Source: a bacterium
GTDB taxonomy: Bacteria > Pseudomonadota > Alphaproteobacteria > Rhizobiales > JAKIUO01
Length of the DNA stretch: 64,000 bases
Direction: 5' to 3'
Assembly (NCBI GenBank): GCA_024228495.1
Contig: JAAETJ010000362.1
Coordinates: 10,308-74,307, forward strand
How positions within the stretch are numbered: position 1 is the stretch's first letter; every line of letters begins with the position of its first letter. The notes beneath the pieces were generated by a model. The model worked only from the letters and a program-made list of their open reading frames with translations. It made no database searches and had not been told where the DNA came from. The position numbers were made by a program, and so were the translations under genes. Below, one piece after another: positions 43,493 to 51,629 of this stretch.

Positions 43493-44557
43493 TTGCGAAA
43501 GCCGGTTTTATTGACTTATGCACAGCTGCGAAAGCTTGCTCCTCGCGGCAAACGAGAAATTCTGGAAAGGATCGCCGCCCATTCATCTATTTTGGGGGCG
43601 TATGGTCTGGCCGTCAATAAATTGCGTTTGTGCCATTTTCTGGCTCAGGCAGCTCATGAGACGGCGGGTTTTCGTACGCTGGTTGAATATGGCAGTACCC
43701 GCTATTTCCGGCGCCGTTACGGTCACCGGCGCGATCTTGGCAATGTCAGATTGTCGGACGGGTCGAGATATCGGGGCAGGGGGATTTTCCAACTGACTGG
43801 GCGTGCCAATTACCGCCGTTACGGGCAGCTTCTTGATGTTGACTTGGAAGCTTCTCCTTTACTAGCTAAAAAACCAGAGCTGTCGCTGCGTATCGCTTGC
43901 GAATATTGGCAGCGCCATGATCTGAACCGTTTTGCGGACCGTAATGATATTCGCGCCATCACCAAACGCATTAATGGCGGTTATAATGGCCTGCAGGACC
44001 GGCGACGCTTTTTGCAGCATGCCATGTTGATCTGGATGCCGGGCAGGAAGCCTTTGTCAGATCAGCGCATCTTGCAATTCGGCGATCATGGCAAACAAGT
44101 CGCGCGCCTGCAATCGCTATTGCGCGCAACGGGGCGGATCATCGCTGTTGATGGTCTGTTTGGCTATCAGACGTTGCGGGTGCTGAAAAATTTCCAATCA
44201 AGGAATCGCTTGCGAGCGGATGGACTATATGGACCGCTATCAAGGCAGGTGCTTGCTCGTGTCAGCCCGCAATCCAGCAAGCCAAAATCTAATAATTATC
44301 CTTTCCGCCAACCAACCAAACGTAAGGAAACGAAAATGGATCAATGGAAAAGTTATCTTTCAAGTCGGACAATTTGGGCCAACCTGATCGGTTTTGGCGC
44401 TCTGGCACTCGATATTCTCGGGTTTAACGGGTTTAGTTCCGAGGACAAGTCGCAACTTGTCGACCAGGTGCTAAAATTGGTGGAAGCTGGCGGATTTATC
44501 GCTGGCGTTATTTTTAGAGCTCTTGCCCGCAGTCGGCTTGGGCCTCGCTTGTTTTAG
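43493..44557 (+). CDS. GH19-family endolysin with peptidoglycan-binding domain and C-terminal two-TM tail
   Basis: FLAQAAHETAGF, YRGRGIFQLTGRANY and INGGYNGLQDR (GH19 core). GDHGKQVARLQSLL...DGLFGYQTLRVLKNFQ (PG_binding_1-like). TTG start with AAGGA 7 nt upstream. Confidence 0.85.
   Translation: MRKPVLLTYAQLRKLAPRGKREILERIAAHSSILGAYGLAVNKLRLCHFLAQAAHETAGFRTLVEYGSTRYFRRRYGHRRDLGNVRLSDGSRYRGRGIFQLTGRANYRRYGQLLDVDLEASPLLAKKPELSLRIACEYWQRHDLNRFADRNDIRAITKRINGGYNGLQDRRRFLQHAMLIWMPGRKPLSDQRILQFGDHGKQVARLQSLLRATGRIIAVDGLFGYQTLRVLKNFQSRNRLRADGLYGPLSRQVLARVSPQSSKPKSNNYPFRQPTKRKETKMDQWKSYLSSRTIWANLIGFGALALDILGFNGFSSEDKSQLVDQVLKLVEAGGFIAGVIFRALARSRLGPRLF
44336..44557 (+). CDS. Possible nested in-frame ORF: 73-aa two-TM protein at the 3' end of the endolysin gene
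   Basis: Internal ATG 44336 is preceded by AAGGA with a 7-nt spacer. The product is MDQWKSYLSSRTIWANLIGFGALALDILGF...GGFIAGVIFRALARSRL. Confidence 0.3.
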   Translation: MDQWKSYLSSRTIWANLIGFGALALDILGFNGFSSEDKSQLVDQVLKLVEAGGFIAGVIFRALARSRLGPRLF

Positions 44558-45115
44558 CGCCAACAGGTCATTGATAAGAGGTCAGGTAGGAAGATCAGCT
44601 CTGTAGGAAGGGGGATATTTGCGTTCAGAGGCACATGTGGGCCGGGATCTCACGCTCCATGTAAAGAGAGCCTGACCCTGTGCAAATATGTGTAGACAAT
44701 CTGCCACACTACAAAACCTGTGAATTTGTCATGAAATGGATTAGATCAGCCTCTAGCAATGCGCAAATGCACTATTGCATGAACCTGCGATTCCTTTGAT
44801 TGTTCAAACTGATATTGAAAAATACACTTTTTAAGTGTGTTATATTTGAGCAATTGGTAAGCCTGCGACAATTTATACGTGTTACCAAAGTAGATCTGCG
44901 ACAAATAGGTTTATTTTCATGAAAAGCTCTAAAAATAGTTGGTAACAATGAAATTCCTATGCTAGAAGCCCGCCACTAAGCGAGGTAATTTTTATGGGCA
45001 ATAAGTATTTTTAGTTTTACCGGTTAATTATACCTCGTGTGGTAGGAACTGTTCCTTCTAACTAGTGCCGGTAAGTAGCCCGTCGAAATGAACGAAAAAA
45101 AGCAGGGAAAGTAAG

Positions 45116-45928
45116 ATGATTACAAACAAAATATCTGTAAAGAGTAATTGGATGGGTGCATTTGCACTTGCCGTTATGGTTGTTTTTGCAGGTTCGCAAT
45201 CAGCGGACGCTGCAGTTATGCATTCCAATGACAATATTAGCTTTGCCAAAGTCGAACCGGTCGCTCAGGTAAAAAAAGCGCGTGTGAAGAGATCCTCTAT
45301 CAGAAAGAAATCTTCCTACAAGAAGAACTCTTCTGTTAAAAAGATTTACAAGAAAAAGAAATATACCAAGCGCAAAAAGCTTCGTAAATCTCTTAAAAGA
45401 GTTGCCAAACGCAGATATAGCAAACGCAAATCCGCTAAGCGTAGATATACCAAGCGGAAATATGCAAAAAAATCATATAAGAGAAAATCTTATAAGAAGA
45501 GATATGCGAAAAGATCCAGCAAGCGTAAAAGCAAAGGTAAAAGCTTTGGTCGCGGTCGTGGTTCTTTGATGGCGACACTGGCAAATGTTAAGCCTGCCGG
45601 TCTGCCACTGCGTCTTGCAGCTGCTGTTGTAACGGTTGAAAGTGGTTGGCGCGTTAATGCCAGAGGTTCTTCTGGTGAACGTGGCCTCATGCAGCTTATG
45701 CCGGCAACTGCCCGCATGATGGGTGCACGTGGCAATCTGTACAATCCTCGCATTAACATGCGTGCCGGTACAAAATATCTGAACTGGTGCTATCGTCGGG
45801 CCCGTAAAAATGTTGCAGCGACCATCGGTTGCTACAATCGTGGCCCTGGCAAGATGTGGAAATGGAGTGGAAACCCCATCACCCGTCGTTATGTAAGCAA
45901 GGTTCGCAGATATATGGGGCGTAGCTAA
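45116..45928 (+). CDS. Secreted SLT-domain lytic transglycosylase with about 100-aa K/R/Y-rich linker
   Basis: Signal peptide (AFALAVMVVFAGSQSADA), a basic low-complexity region, then an SLT core (ERGLMQLMPATARMMG...RAGTKYL). Confidence 0.85.
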   Translation: MITNKISVKSNWMGAFALAVMVVFAGSQSADAAVMHSNDNISFAKVEPVAQVKKARVKRSSIRKKSSYKKNSSVKKIYKKKKYTKRKKLRKSLKRVAKRRYSKRKSAKRRYTKRKYAKKSYKRKSYKKRYAKRSSKRKSKGKSFGRGRGSLMATLANVKPAGLPLRLAAAVVTVESGWRVNARGSSGERGLMQLMPATARMMGARGNLYNPRINMRAGTKYLNWCYRRARKNVAATIGCYNRGPGKMWKWSGNPITRRYVSKVRRYMGRS

Positions 45929-45958
45929 ACTTTAGATACGAGACCGCAATATGAAACA

Positions 45959-45989
45959 CCGCTCCCTCCATCGAGGGAGCGGTTTTTTT
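45959..45989 (+). terminator. Rho-independent terminator after the SLT gene
   Basis: ccgctccctc-catc-gagggagcgg followed by TTTTTTT. Confidence 0.85.
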
Positions 45990-46182
45990 GTCGAATGGGT
46001 TGTTAAAAACTTAATGAACTGATTGTTTTTCATTATGTTTTTACGATAATTTGGAATGGTTACGCAGTTCATGGTAGGTTCATAATTGCTACGATAAACT
46101 GCCATCAGATTGAAATTTGGCCAAAAGCCGCAATTGAGCGATTTTGGCGATTTGCGAGATGTGGGAGAGAACGACGTTGAAA

Positions 46183-46572
46183 ATGGGTGAATACTTCTTG
46201 GCAAGGGCTTTTGCACCGGTGATATTTACCGTTGCCTTGTTATTTGGCAGCGAGGCTATAGCCGGTTGTGTCAAATGGTCTAACTCCCCTTCAATCATCA
46301 AGAAAAATGGTTTGATGAAACCTGGTCCTGTGCGGGCGGGCGCTATTGGGCGTGGAGACGACGTGATCAGCATTGACCTTTGTCGCCGTGGTGGTGGATA
46401 TGTCTATCGTTTGACGGTACTTGGCAAGAAAAAGCGCGTCCGCGATATTGTCATTGATGCACGTAGTGGCAAGAGAATCGGTGGCAGATCCAGTAAACGA
46501 AAAAAACTAAAAAACCGCATCATTAACCGGGTCAAGCGTAATCTGCGACGCCACGGGATCAATTATTACTAG
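46183..46572 (+). CDS. PepSY-domain periplasmic protein with basic tail
   Basis: N-terminal hydrophobic segment, then GDDVISIDLCRRGGGYVYRLTVLGKKKRVRDIVIDARSGKRIG. Its position upstream of the RR-HK pair resembles the feuN-feuP-feuQ arrangement. Confidence 0.6.
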   Translation: MGEYFLARAFAPVIFTVALLFGSEAIAGCVKWSNSPSIIKKNGLMKPGPVRAGAIGRGDDVISIDLCRRGGGYVYRLTVLGKKKRVRDIVIDARSGKRIGGRSSKRKKLKNRIINRVKRNLRRHGINYY

Positions 46573-46613
46573 GTTACAAATTCACTCATGAGCTGAAACA
46601 GGGAAAAGGCACA

Positions 46614-47291
46614 GTGCGGTTACTCGTTGTAGAAGATGAACCTGATCTAAATCGCCAGCTGGTAGATGCCTTGAGCGATGCCGGGTATGCTGTGGATACG
46701 GCGCTTGATGGTGAAGAGGGACATTTTCTAGGAGATACGGAGCCTTACGATACTGTTGTGCTGGATCTTGGTTTGCCGCTCATGGATGGTATTAGCGTTC
46801 TGGAGCAATGGCGGCGCAATCAACGCAACATGCCTGTGTTGATCCTGACAGCTCGCGATCGCTGGAGCGACAAGGTTGCTGGCATGGACGCCGGTGCTGA
46901 TGACTATGTTGCCAAGCCGTTTCATATGGAAGAAATACTGGCGCGCGTGAGAGCACTTTTGCGTCGAGGGGCCGGACATGCCAGCAGCGAGATCGAAATC
47001 GGAACTTTGCGCCTTGATACCCGATCCTCAAGAGTGACCCTTGATGGGGCGGGTATTAAGCTGACGTCACATGAATTTCGCCTGCTCTCCTATCTGGTCC
47101 ATCATGGCGGACGGGTTGTGTCTCGTATCGAGCTCATCGAGCATCTTTATGATCAGGATTTTGACCGTGATTCCAACACTGTAGAAGTGTTCATTGGTCG
47201 ATTGCGCAAAAAACTACCTGATCAAATGATTAAAACCGTGCGGGGTCTTGGCTATTGCCTGGAAGACCCCAACGGCAAGTGCAGTGAATGA
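46614..47291 (+). CDS. OmpR-family response regulator
   Basis: GTG start. RLLVVEDEPDL...DTVVLDLGLPLMDG...KPF, winged-helix C-terminus (VRGLGYCL). ATGA overlap with the kinase gene. Confidence 0.9.
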   Translation: MRLLVVEDEPDLNRQLVDALSDAGYAVDTALDGEEGHFLGDTEPYDTVVLDLGLPLMDGISVLEQWRRNQRNMPVLILTARDRWSDKVAGMDAGADDYVAKPFHMEEILARVRALLRRGAGHASSEIEIGTLRLDTRSSRVTLDGAGIKLTSHEFRLLSYLVHHGGRVVSRIELIEHLYDQDFDRDSNTVEVFIGRLRKKLPDQMIKTVRGLGYCLEDPNGKCSE

Positions 47292-48787
47292 ATTTCATGA
47301 GAAATGCTCTGCGTCCCAATTCCCTGCGTTTTCGCCTGTTGGCCTCGACCGCCCTTCTGGTAGCCATTGTATTGCCAATTACGGCCTTCGCCCTCACATC
47401 TTATTATCGCATTGCTGTCGAGCAGACATTTGATCAGCGGCTGGAAGTGCACCTTGATAATCTTGTCGTACTTAGCTTGCGCCGGACACGCGATGATGAA
47501 AGCCGCGAAGCAGAAATCATTGTTGCCGAGGTCAAAGATGAACCCGCCGTGCCTGTTGAGGAAAAAATGGCGCAGCGCAAGGAAATTGAGCTCGGTGATC
47601 CTTTGTTTAAACGCCCGTTTTCGGGTTGGTATTGGCAGATCAGGGCGCTTGACAGCCCTTTGAGCAATACGGTCATTTCAGACAGTCTGCTTGATCACCG
47701 GCTGACCGCCCTGCCGGAACCCACCGCCCCTCAGTCAGGTGAAAAATTGAAACATGGCTATATTTCAGGACCAGAAGGTCAGCTCTTGCGGGCCGTCGAG
47801 CGCTTGATTATTGCCGGAGGAGAAGTGGCCGGGGAAAAAGCCGAGCGCTACACCTATATGGTTGCCATCAGCTCATCGCAGCTTGACGGGCAGGTCTCAC
47901 AGTTTCGCAACATGTTGTTCTTGGCGCTTGGTGTACTGGGGCTGGGGCTGATCCTCGCGGGGGTCATACAGGTCCGTTATGTTCTGGCACCACTGTCCAT
48001 TATATCTCGTAAACTCAATGATATACGGGCTGGCAAGGCTGATCATTTGCGTGGTGAATTTCCCGCAGAAATCGAACCGTTGCAAGTTGAATTGAACGCG
48101 CTTATTCGCTCTAACAAGGATATTGTAGAGCGCGCTCGGACTCATGTTGGCAACCTGGCTCATGCCCTCAAAACTCCCTTGAGTGTGCTCGCCAATGAAA
48201 TCGACAAGGCACGAGAAGATGAGGGGGCGGCAAGGGAATTCGCGGACATCATCGATAAGCAGACAAAGGTCATGAATGATCAGGTACGTCATCATCTCGA
48301 CCGCGCCCGCATGGCCGCTCAAATCAGTGTCATTGGCAGTTCCACAAGTGTGCAACCGGTGACGCGCTCGCTGTCTCGTACCTTACAAAAAATCTACAGG
48401 AAAAAAAACATAGATCTGTTTTGTGAATGTGGGGATGGTTTGTTGTTTCGAGGAGAACAGCAGGACCTTGAAGAAATGCTCGGGAATCTGCTGGACAATG
48501 CGTTCAAATGGGCGCGCGGCCAAGTGCATCTGTCCATTGTCAAAGCTCCAGACAAGCCCGGCTATCTGACGATCAATGTTGAGGATGATGGGCCGGGATT
48601 GACTGCCGACAAGCGGACGCGGGCTATGAAACGCGGTCAAAGATTGGATGAAAATCTTCCCGGATCTGGACTTGGCCTGTCTATTGTTGCTGATCTGGCA
48701 CATCTTTATAATGGCGTTTTTTTGCTTGAGGTCTCGAAAATGGGCGGACTTCGCGCCAAATTGCAGCTTCCGGTCGCTATTGGTTGA
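47288..48787 (+). CDS. Sensor histidine kinase (PhoQ/FeuQ-like architecture)
   Basis: Two TM segments with a periplasmic loop, HAMP, H-box AHALKTPLSVL, N-box NLLDNAFKW, and G-boxes DDGPGL and GSGLGLSIV. Confidence 0.9.
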   Translation: MNFMRNALRPNSLRFRLLASTALLVAIVLPITAFALTSYYRIAVEQTFDQRLEVHLDNLVVLSLRRTRDDESREAEIIVAEVKDEPAVPVEEKMAQRKEIELGDPLFKRPFSGWYWQIRALDSPLSNTVISDSLLDHRLTALPEPTAPQSGEKLKHGYISGPEGQLLRAVERLIIAGGEVAGEKAERYTYMVAISSSQLDGQVSQFRNMLFLALGVLGLGLILAGVIQVRYVLAPLSIISRKLNDIRAGKADHLRGEFPAEIEPLQVELNALIRSNKDIVERARTHVGNLAHALKTPLSVLANEIDKAREDEGAAREFADIIDKQTKVMNDQVRHHLDRARMAAQISVIGSSTSVQPVTRSLSRTLQKIYRKKNIDLFCECGDGLLFRGEQQDLEEMLGNLLDNAFKWARGQVHLSIVKAPDKPGYLTINVEDDGPGLTADKRTRAMKRGQRLDENLPGSGLGLSIVADLAHLYNGVFLLEVSKMGGLRAKLQLPVAIG

Positions 48788-48834
48788 TCGCGCGACGTCC
48801 CAATTTTGCCTGAATCTTCCAACACAGTTCTCAC

Positions 48835-48912
48835 ATATATGGATCTCATATATGGATCTCATATATGGATCTCATATATGGATCTCATATATGGATCTCA
48901 TATATGGATCTC
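48835..48912. repeat. Perfect tandem repeat, 6 x 13 bp (ATATATGGATCTC)
   Basis: Six identical head-to-tail copies were counted base by base. Each junction creates the 8-bp palindrome CATATATG, and each unit contains GATC. The array is intergenic. Confidence 0.95.
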
Positions 48913-49035
48913 AGAGTTTGTCGCTTTAGTGCAGATGTTGGTGTATGATGATCCAAAGCAAATCTGTGAGAGAACGCAGCTTCTAAGTTGAGGGCGAAAT
49001 ATCTCATGAGAACAACAAAAATCTGGAATTTGAAT

Positions 49036-49506
49036 ATGAAAACTCAGTCGATTTTAGCGGTGGTGTTGATCCCCTTGACTATTGGTTTGAGCAGTTGCGG
49101 TGGCGGCCCACGAGAAGATACCGGCACTGTTATTGGAGCGGTGGCAGGTGGCGCCATCGGCAATCAGTTCGGCAAGGGTGAAGGCAAGGTAGCCGCGACC
49201 ATTGCGGGCATTCTGATTGGTGGCATTGTCGGCAGTGATATTGGTCGCTCGCTAGACGAAAATGATCGCCGCCGGGCGTCAGAAGCCGAATTTGAAGCTC
49301 TTGAAAATGGTAGCTCTGGCAAGGCGCGTGAATGGCGCAACCCCGATAGTGGTCATTACGGACGTATTATACCGCAAAGGCCTTACAAAGTGGGGCAACG
49401 AGATTGCCGTGATTATACCCATACGATCTATATTGATGGGCAACCTGAGACAATGCGCGGGCGTGCCTGCCGCAATCGAGATGGTTCCTGGAGCCGCACG
49501 ACATAA
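49036..49506 (+). CDS. Outer-membrane lipoprotein, glycine-zipper (17-kDa surface antigen-like) family
   Basis: Lipobox LSSCGG. Glycine zipper GAVAGGAIGNQFGKG...GILIGGIVG. C-terminal RDCRDYTHTIYIDGQPETMRGRACRNRDGSW. Confidence 0.8.
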   Translation: MKTQSILAVVLIPLTIGLSSCGGGPREDTGTVIGAVAGGAIGNQFGKGEGKVAATIAGILIGGIVGSDIGRSLDENDRRRASEAEFEALENGSSGKAREWRNPDSGHYGRIIPQRPYKVGQRDCRDYTHTIYIDGQPETMRGRACRNRDGSWSRTT

Positions 49507-49567
49507 GGATCTGGCGGCTTGAACGGCTATAAACTTGCATCAAATATCGAGAAATAAGCTATTTAGG

Positions 49568-49598
49568 AGCGGCAACTTCACCAAGTGGCCGCTTTTTT
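49568..49598 (+). terminator. Putative terminator after the lipoprotein gene
   Basis: agcggc...gccgct stem with a long loop, followed by TTTTTT. Confidence 0.45.
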
Positions 49599-49729
49599 AG
49601 TTATTCCAAAGAGAACTCTTGCGGGTAATTGCTCTGCTGTGTCATTCTGCCGGTCGTATTGTGACAGGTGCTGGTTTATGGTTGTTTAAGCATGAGCGGT
49701 CCCAAAATCAGGTAACGAAATTGTGAGGA

Positions 49730-50935
49730 ATGATGCTTCTCTGGTCTATCATTATTGTGCTGCTTGTTGTGACTTTGGCGGGCCTTTTGTTGCCGCTCTA
49801 TCGAGGTGAGGATACGCTTGCCAGCAGAGAGGCGTATGACGCCAACATTTTCAAGGATCAACTCAAGGCGATTGATCGTGAACTGGATGAGGGACAACTT
49901 GAACAAACAGATGCCCAATCTGCACGCGTAGAGATCTCTCGTAAGCTTTTGGCTGCCGCTGACAAGGCGGAACAACACCCCTCCATACAGACGCAAAGCC
50001 GACAGCTTAGTCGCTATACGGCGCTCTTACTCGTGCTTGGTGTGCCCTTGTTCGCGATTGGACTTTATCTGCAGGTTGGCAGTCCTCATCAAAGGGATTT
50101 GCCGCTGGAGGCACGCGCGAAAGTTGTACCAGACAATTCCAAGCTTGTTTCCTTGATTGCGAGGGCCGAACAAAGACTTGAGGCAAATCCTGGTGATGGC
50201 AACGGTTGGGAAATTATGGCACCAATTTATCTACGGTACCAGATGTATGGCAAGGCGGCAGCGGCTTACAAGAACTCAATACGTTTGCTTGGCTCCAATG
50301 CTGATCGTTTGAGTGGTCTGGCGGATGCGATGGTTCTGGCTAATGACAATATCGTTGGTGATGATGTTTTGCCGATCCTGAAACGCGCCATTAAAGCCGA
50401 TCCCGATCATCCCAAGCCCCAGTTCTGGATGGGGCTCTATCTTGAGCAGAACAATAAATTTAAACAGGCGGAAGAAATTTTCACAAGCTTGCTGAAAAAG
50501 GCCAGTGAGCAGGTAGGCTGGCGCCCGACAGTTGTTGTCCGTCTCAATGAAGTCCGCGAGAAACAAGGATTGCCGCCGATCAATATCGCTGGTGTGCAGC
50601 CCACCAAACAACCTGCGATCAAGCTGGGTGATGCGCGCAAGCAAACCGTAGCCCCCCTCAAGGGGCCAAGCGCCGATGATATCAAGGCCGCCGGTCAGAT
50701 GAGCGCCATTGATCGCAAATCGAAGATCAATAATATGGTTATGCGTCTTTCAACTCGCCTCAGGGAAGAGGGCGGCGACCTCAAAAGCTGGATGCAGCTA
50801 GTGAGGGTTTTGAACGTGCAGGGAAAAAAGGCCGAGGCGAGAGTAGCGGTACAAGATGCCAAAAAGAATTTGCGAGATAGCAATGCTGCCGCCCAGCTTG
50901 ATGCGCTGGCCAAAAAGCTTCAACTAGGCTCGTGA
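49730..50935 (+). CDS. ccmI: Cytochrome c-type biogenesis protein CcmI (CycH)
   Basis: N-terminal TM, the motif REAYDANIFKDQLKAIDRELDEG, a second TM and a TPR-like C-terminus. First gene of the I-E-F-H order. Confidence 0.85.
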   Translation: MMLLWSIIIVLLVVTLAGLLLPLYRGEDTLASREAYDANIFKDQLKAIDRELDEGQLEQTDAQSARVEISRKLLAAADKAEQHPSIQTQSRQLSRYTALLLVLGVPLFAIGLYLQVGSPHQRDLPLEARAKVVPDNSKLVSLIARAEQRLEANPGDGNGWEIMAPIYLRYQMYGKAAAAYKNSIRLLGSNADRLSGLADAMVLANDNIVGDDVLPILKRAIKADPDHPKPQFWMGLYLEQNNKFKQAEEIFTSLLKKASEQVGWRPTVVVRLNEVREKQGLPPINIAGVQPTKQPAIKLGDARKQTVAPLKGPSADDIKAAGQMSAIDRKSKINNMVMRLSTRLREEGGDLKSWMQLVRVLNVQGKKAEARVAVQDAKKNLRDSNAAAQLDALAKKLQLGS

Positions 50936-50997
50936 CGAAGTTTGATCAAAACTTTGATGCGTTTGGCCCGACAAGAAAACAGTAAGGAACGATAGAA

Positions 50998-51462
50998 ATG
51001 ACAAGAAAACAGCGCAGATCCGCAATGATATTTACAGGACTTGGTGTGCTTGCCGTTGCTGTTGGTTTGGTTCTATGGGCATTGTCGGGCAATATCATGT
51101 TTTTCTATAGCCCCACTGACCTCGTTGAAAAACAGGTTAAACCGGGGCAGCGCTTCCGGCTTGGCGGTCTTGTGGAAGAGGGATCGCTGGTGCGCGGCCA
51201 GAGCACAAAAATCACCTTTAAAGTTACCGACAATGCCAAAACCGTGGATGTAAGCTTTGAAGGAGTGTTGCCGGACCTATTTCGCGAAGGGCAGGGCGTT
51301 GTCGCCGAAGGCAAGCTAAACACCCGTGGTGTTTTCGTCGCCGACAGTGTGCTTGCCAAGCATGATGAAAATTATTTGCCGCCAGAAGTAGCCTCCTCGC
51401 TGAAGAAAAAAGGCGTGTGGAGTGACAAAGACACTAAAGCTGCTAAGGGGACGGGCAGTTAA
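50998..51462 (+). CDS. ccmE: Heme chaperone CcmE (CycJ)
   Basis: [12 protein letters not shown]..., the heme-binding [13 protein letters not shown] motif, and an N-terminal anchor. Confidence 0.95.
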   Translation: MTRKQRRSAMIFTGLGVLAVAVGLVLWALSGNIMFFYSPTDLVEKQVKPGQRFRLGGLVEEGSLVRGQSTKITFKVTDNAKTVDVSFEGVLPDLFREGQGVVAEGKLNTRGVFVADSVLAKHDENYLPPEVASSLKKKGVWSDKDTKAAKGTGS

Positions 51463-51629
51463 CAGCGCTATTTGTATGAATGCGATCCAGTCTGAGACGG
51501 CCGATAACGTAAATGTGGTTTGTTGAGATAAAAACATCCGGACTAAGCTGGTGCCAAAGAGCAAAAGCCGGATCGAAACCTGAGGGGATTTCCTCTAAAG
51601 GGTGAGTGGTTTTGAAGGGAGTTTGATCG

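Larger units (their letters stand above)
25288..44557 (+). mobile_element. RcGTA-type gene transfer agent (phage-derived head-tail) cluster with an attached lysis module
   Basis: Same-strand colinear set: g1-like, TerL, portal, protease, capsid, adaptor, stopper, gp10-like, DUF3168, tube, chaperones, TMP, DUF2460, DUF2163, NlpC/P60 and a 1324-aa g15. No integrase, repressor or replication genes. Housekeeping genes on both flanks. Confidence 0.85.

Noticed and set aside
25288-44557. Interpretation as an intact or recently integrated prophage
   Set aside because: There is no integrase, excisionase, repressor, replication or anti-termination gene and no flanking tRNA or att-like direct repeats. 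The tail-distal genes (DUF2460, DUF2163, NlpC/P60, approximately 1300-aa g15) and the short tape measure are the RcGTA signature.
48648-48991. ORFs translating the 13-bp tandem repeat (ISYMDLIYGSH... repeated), and the idea that the array is a CRISPR
   Set aside because: The 13-bp period is not a multiple of three, so the repeated peptide is a frame-cycling artefact. The units are contiguous with no spacers and are far too short for CRISPR repeats.
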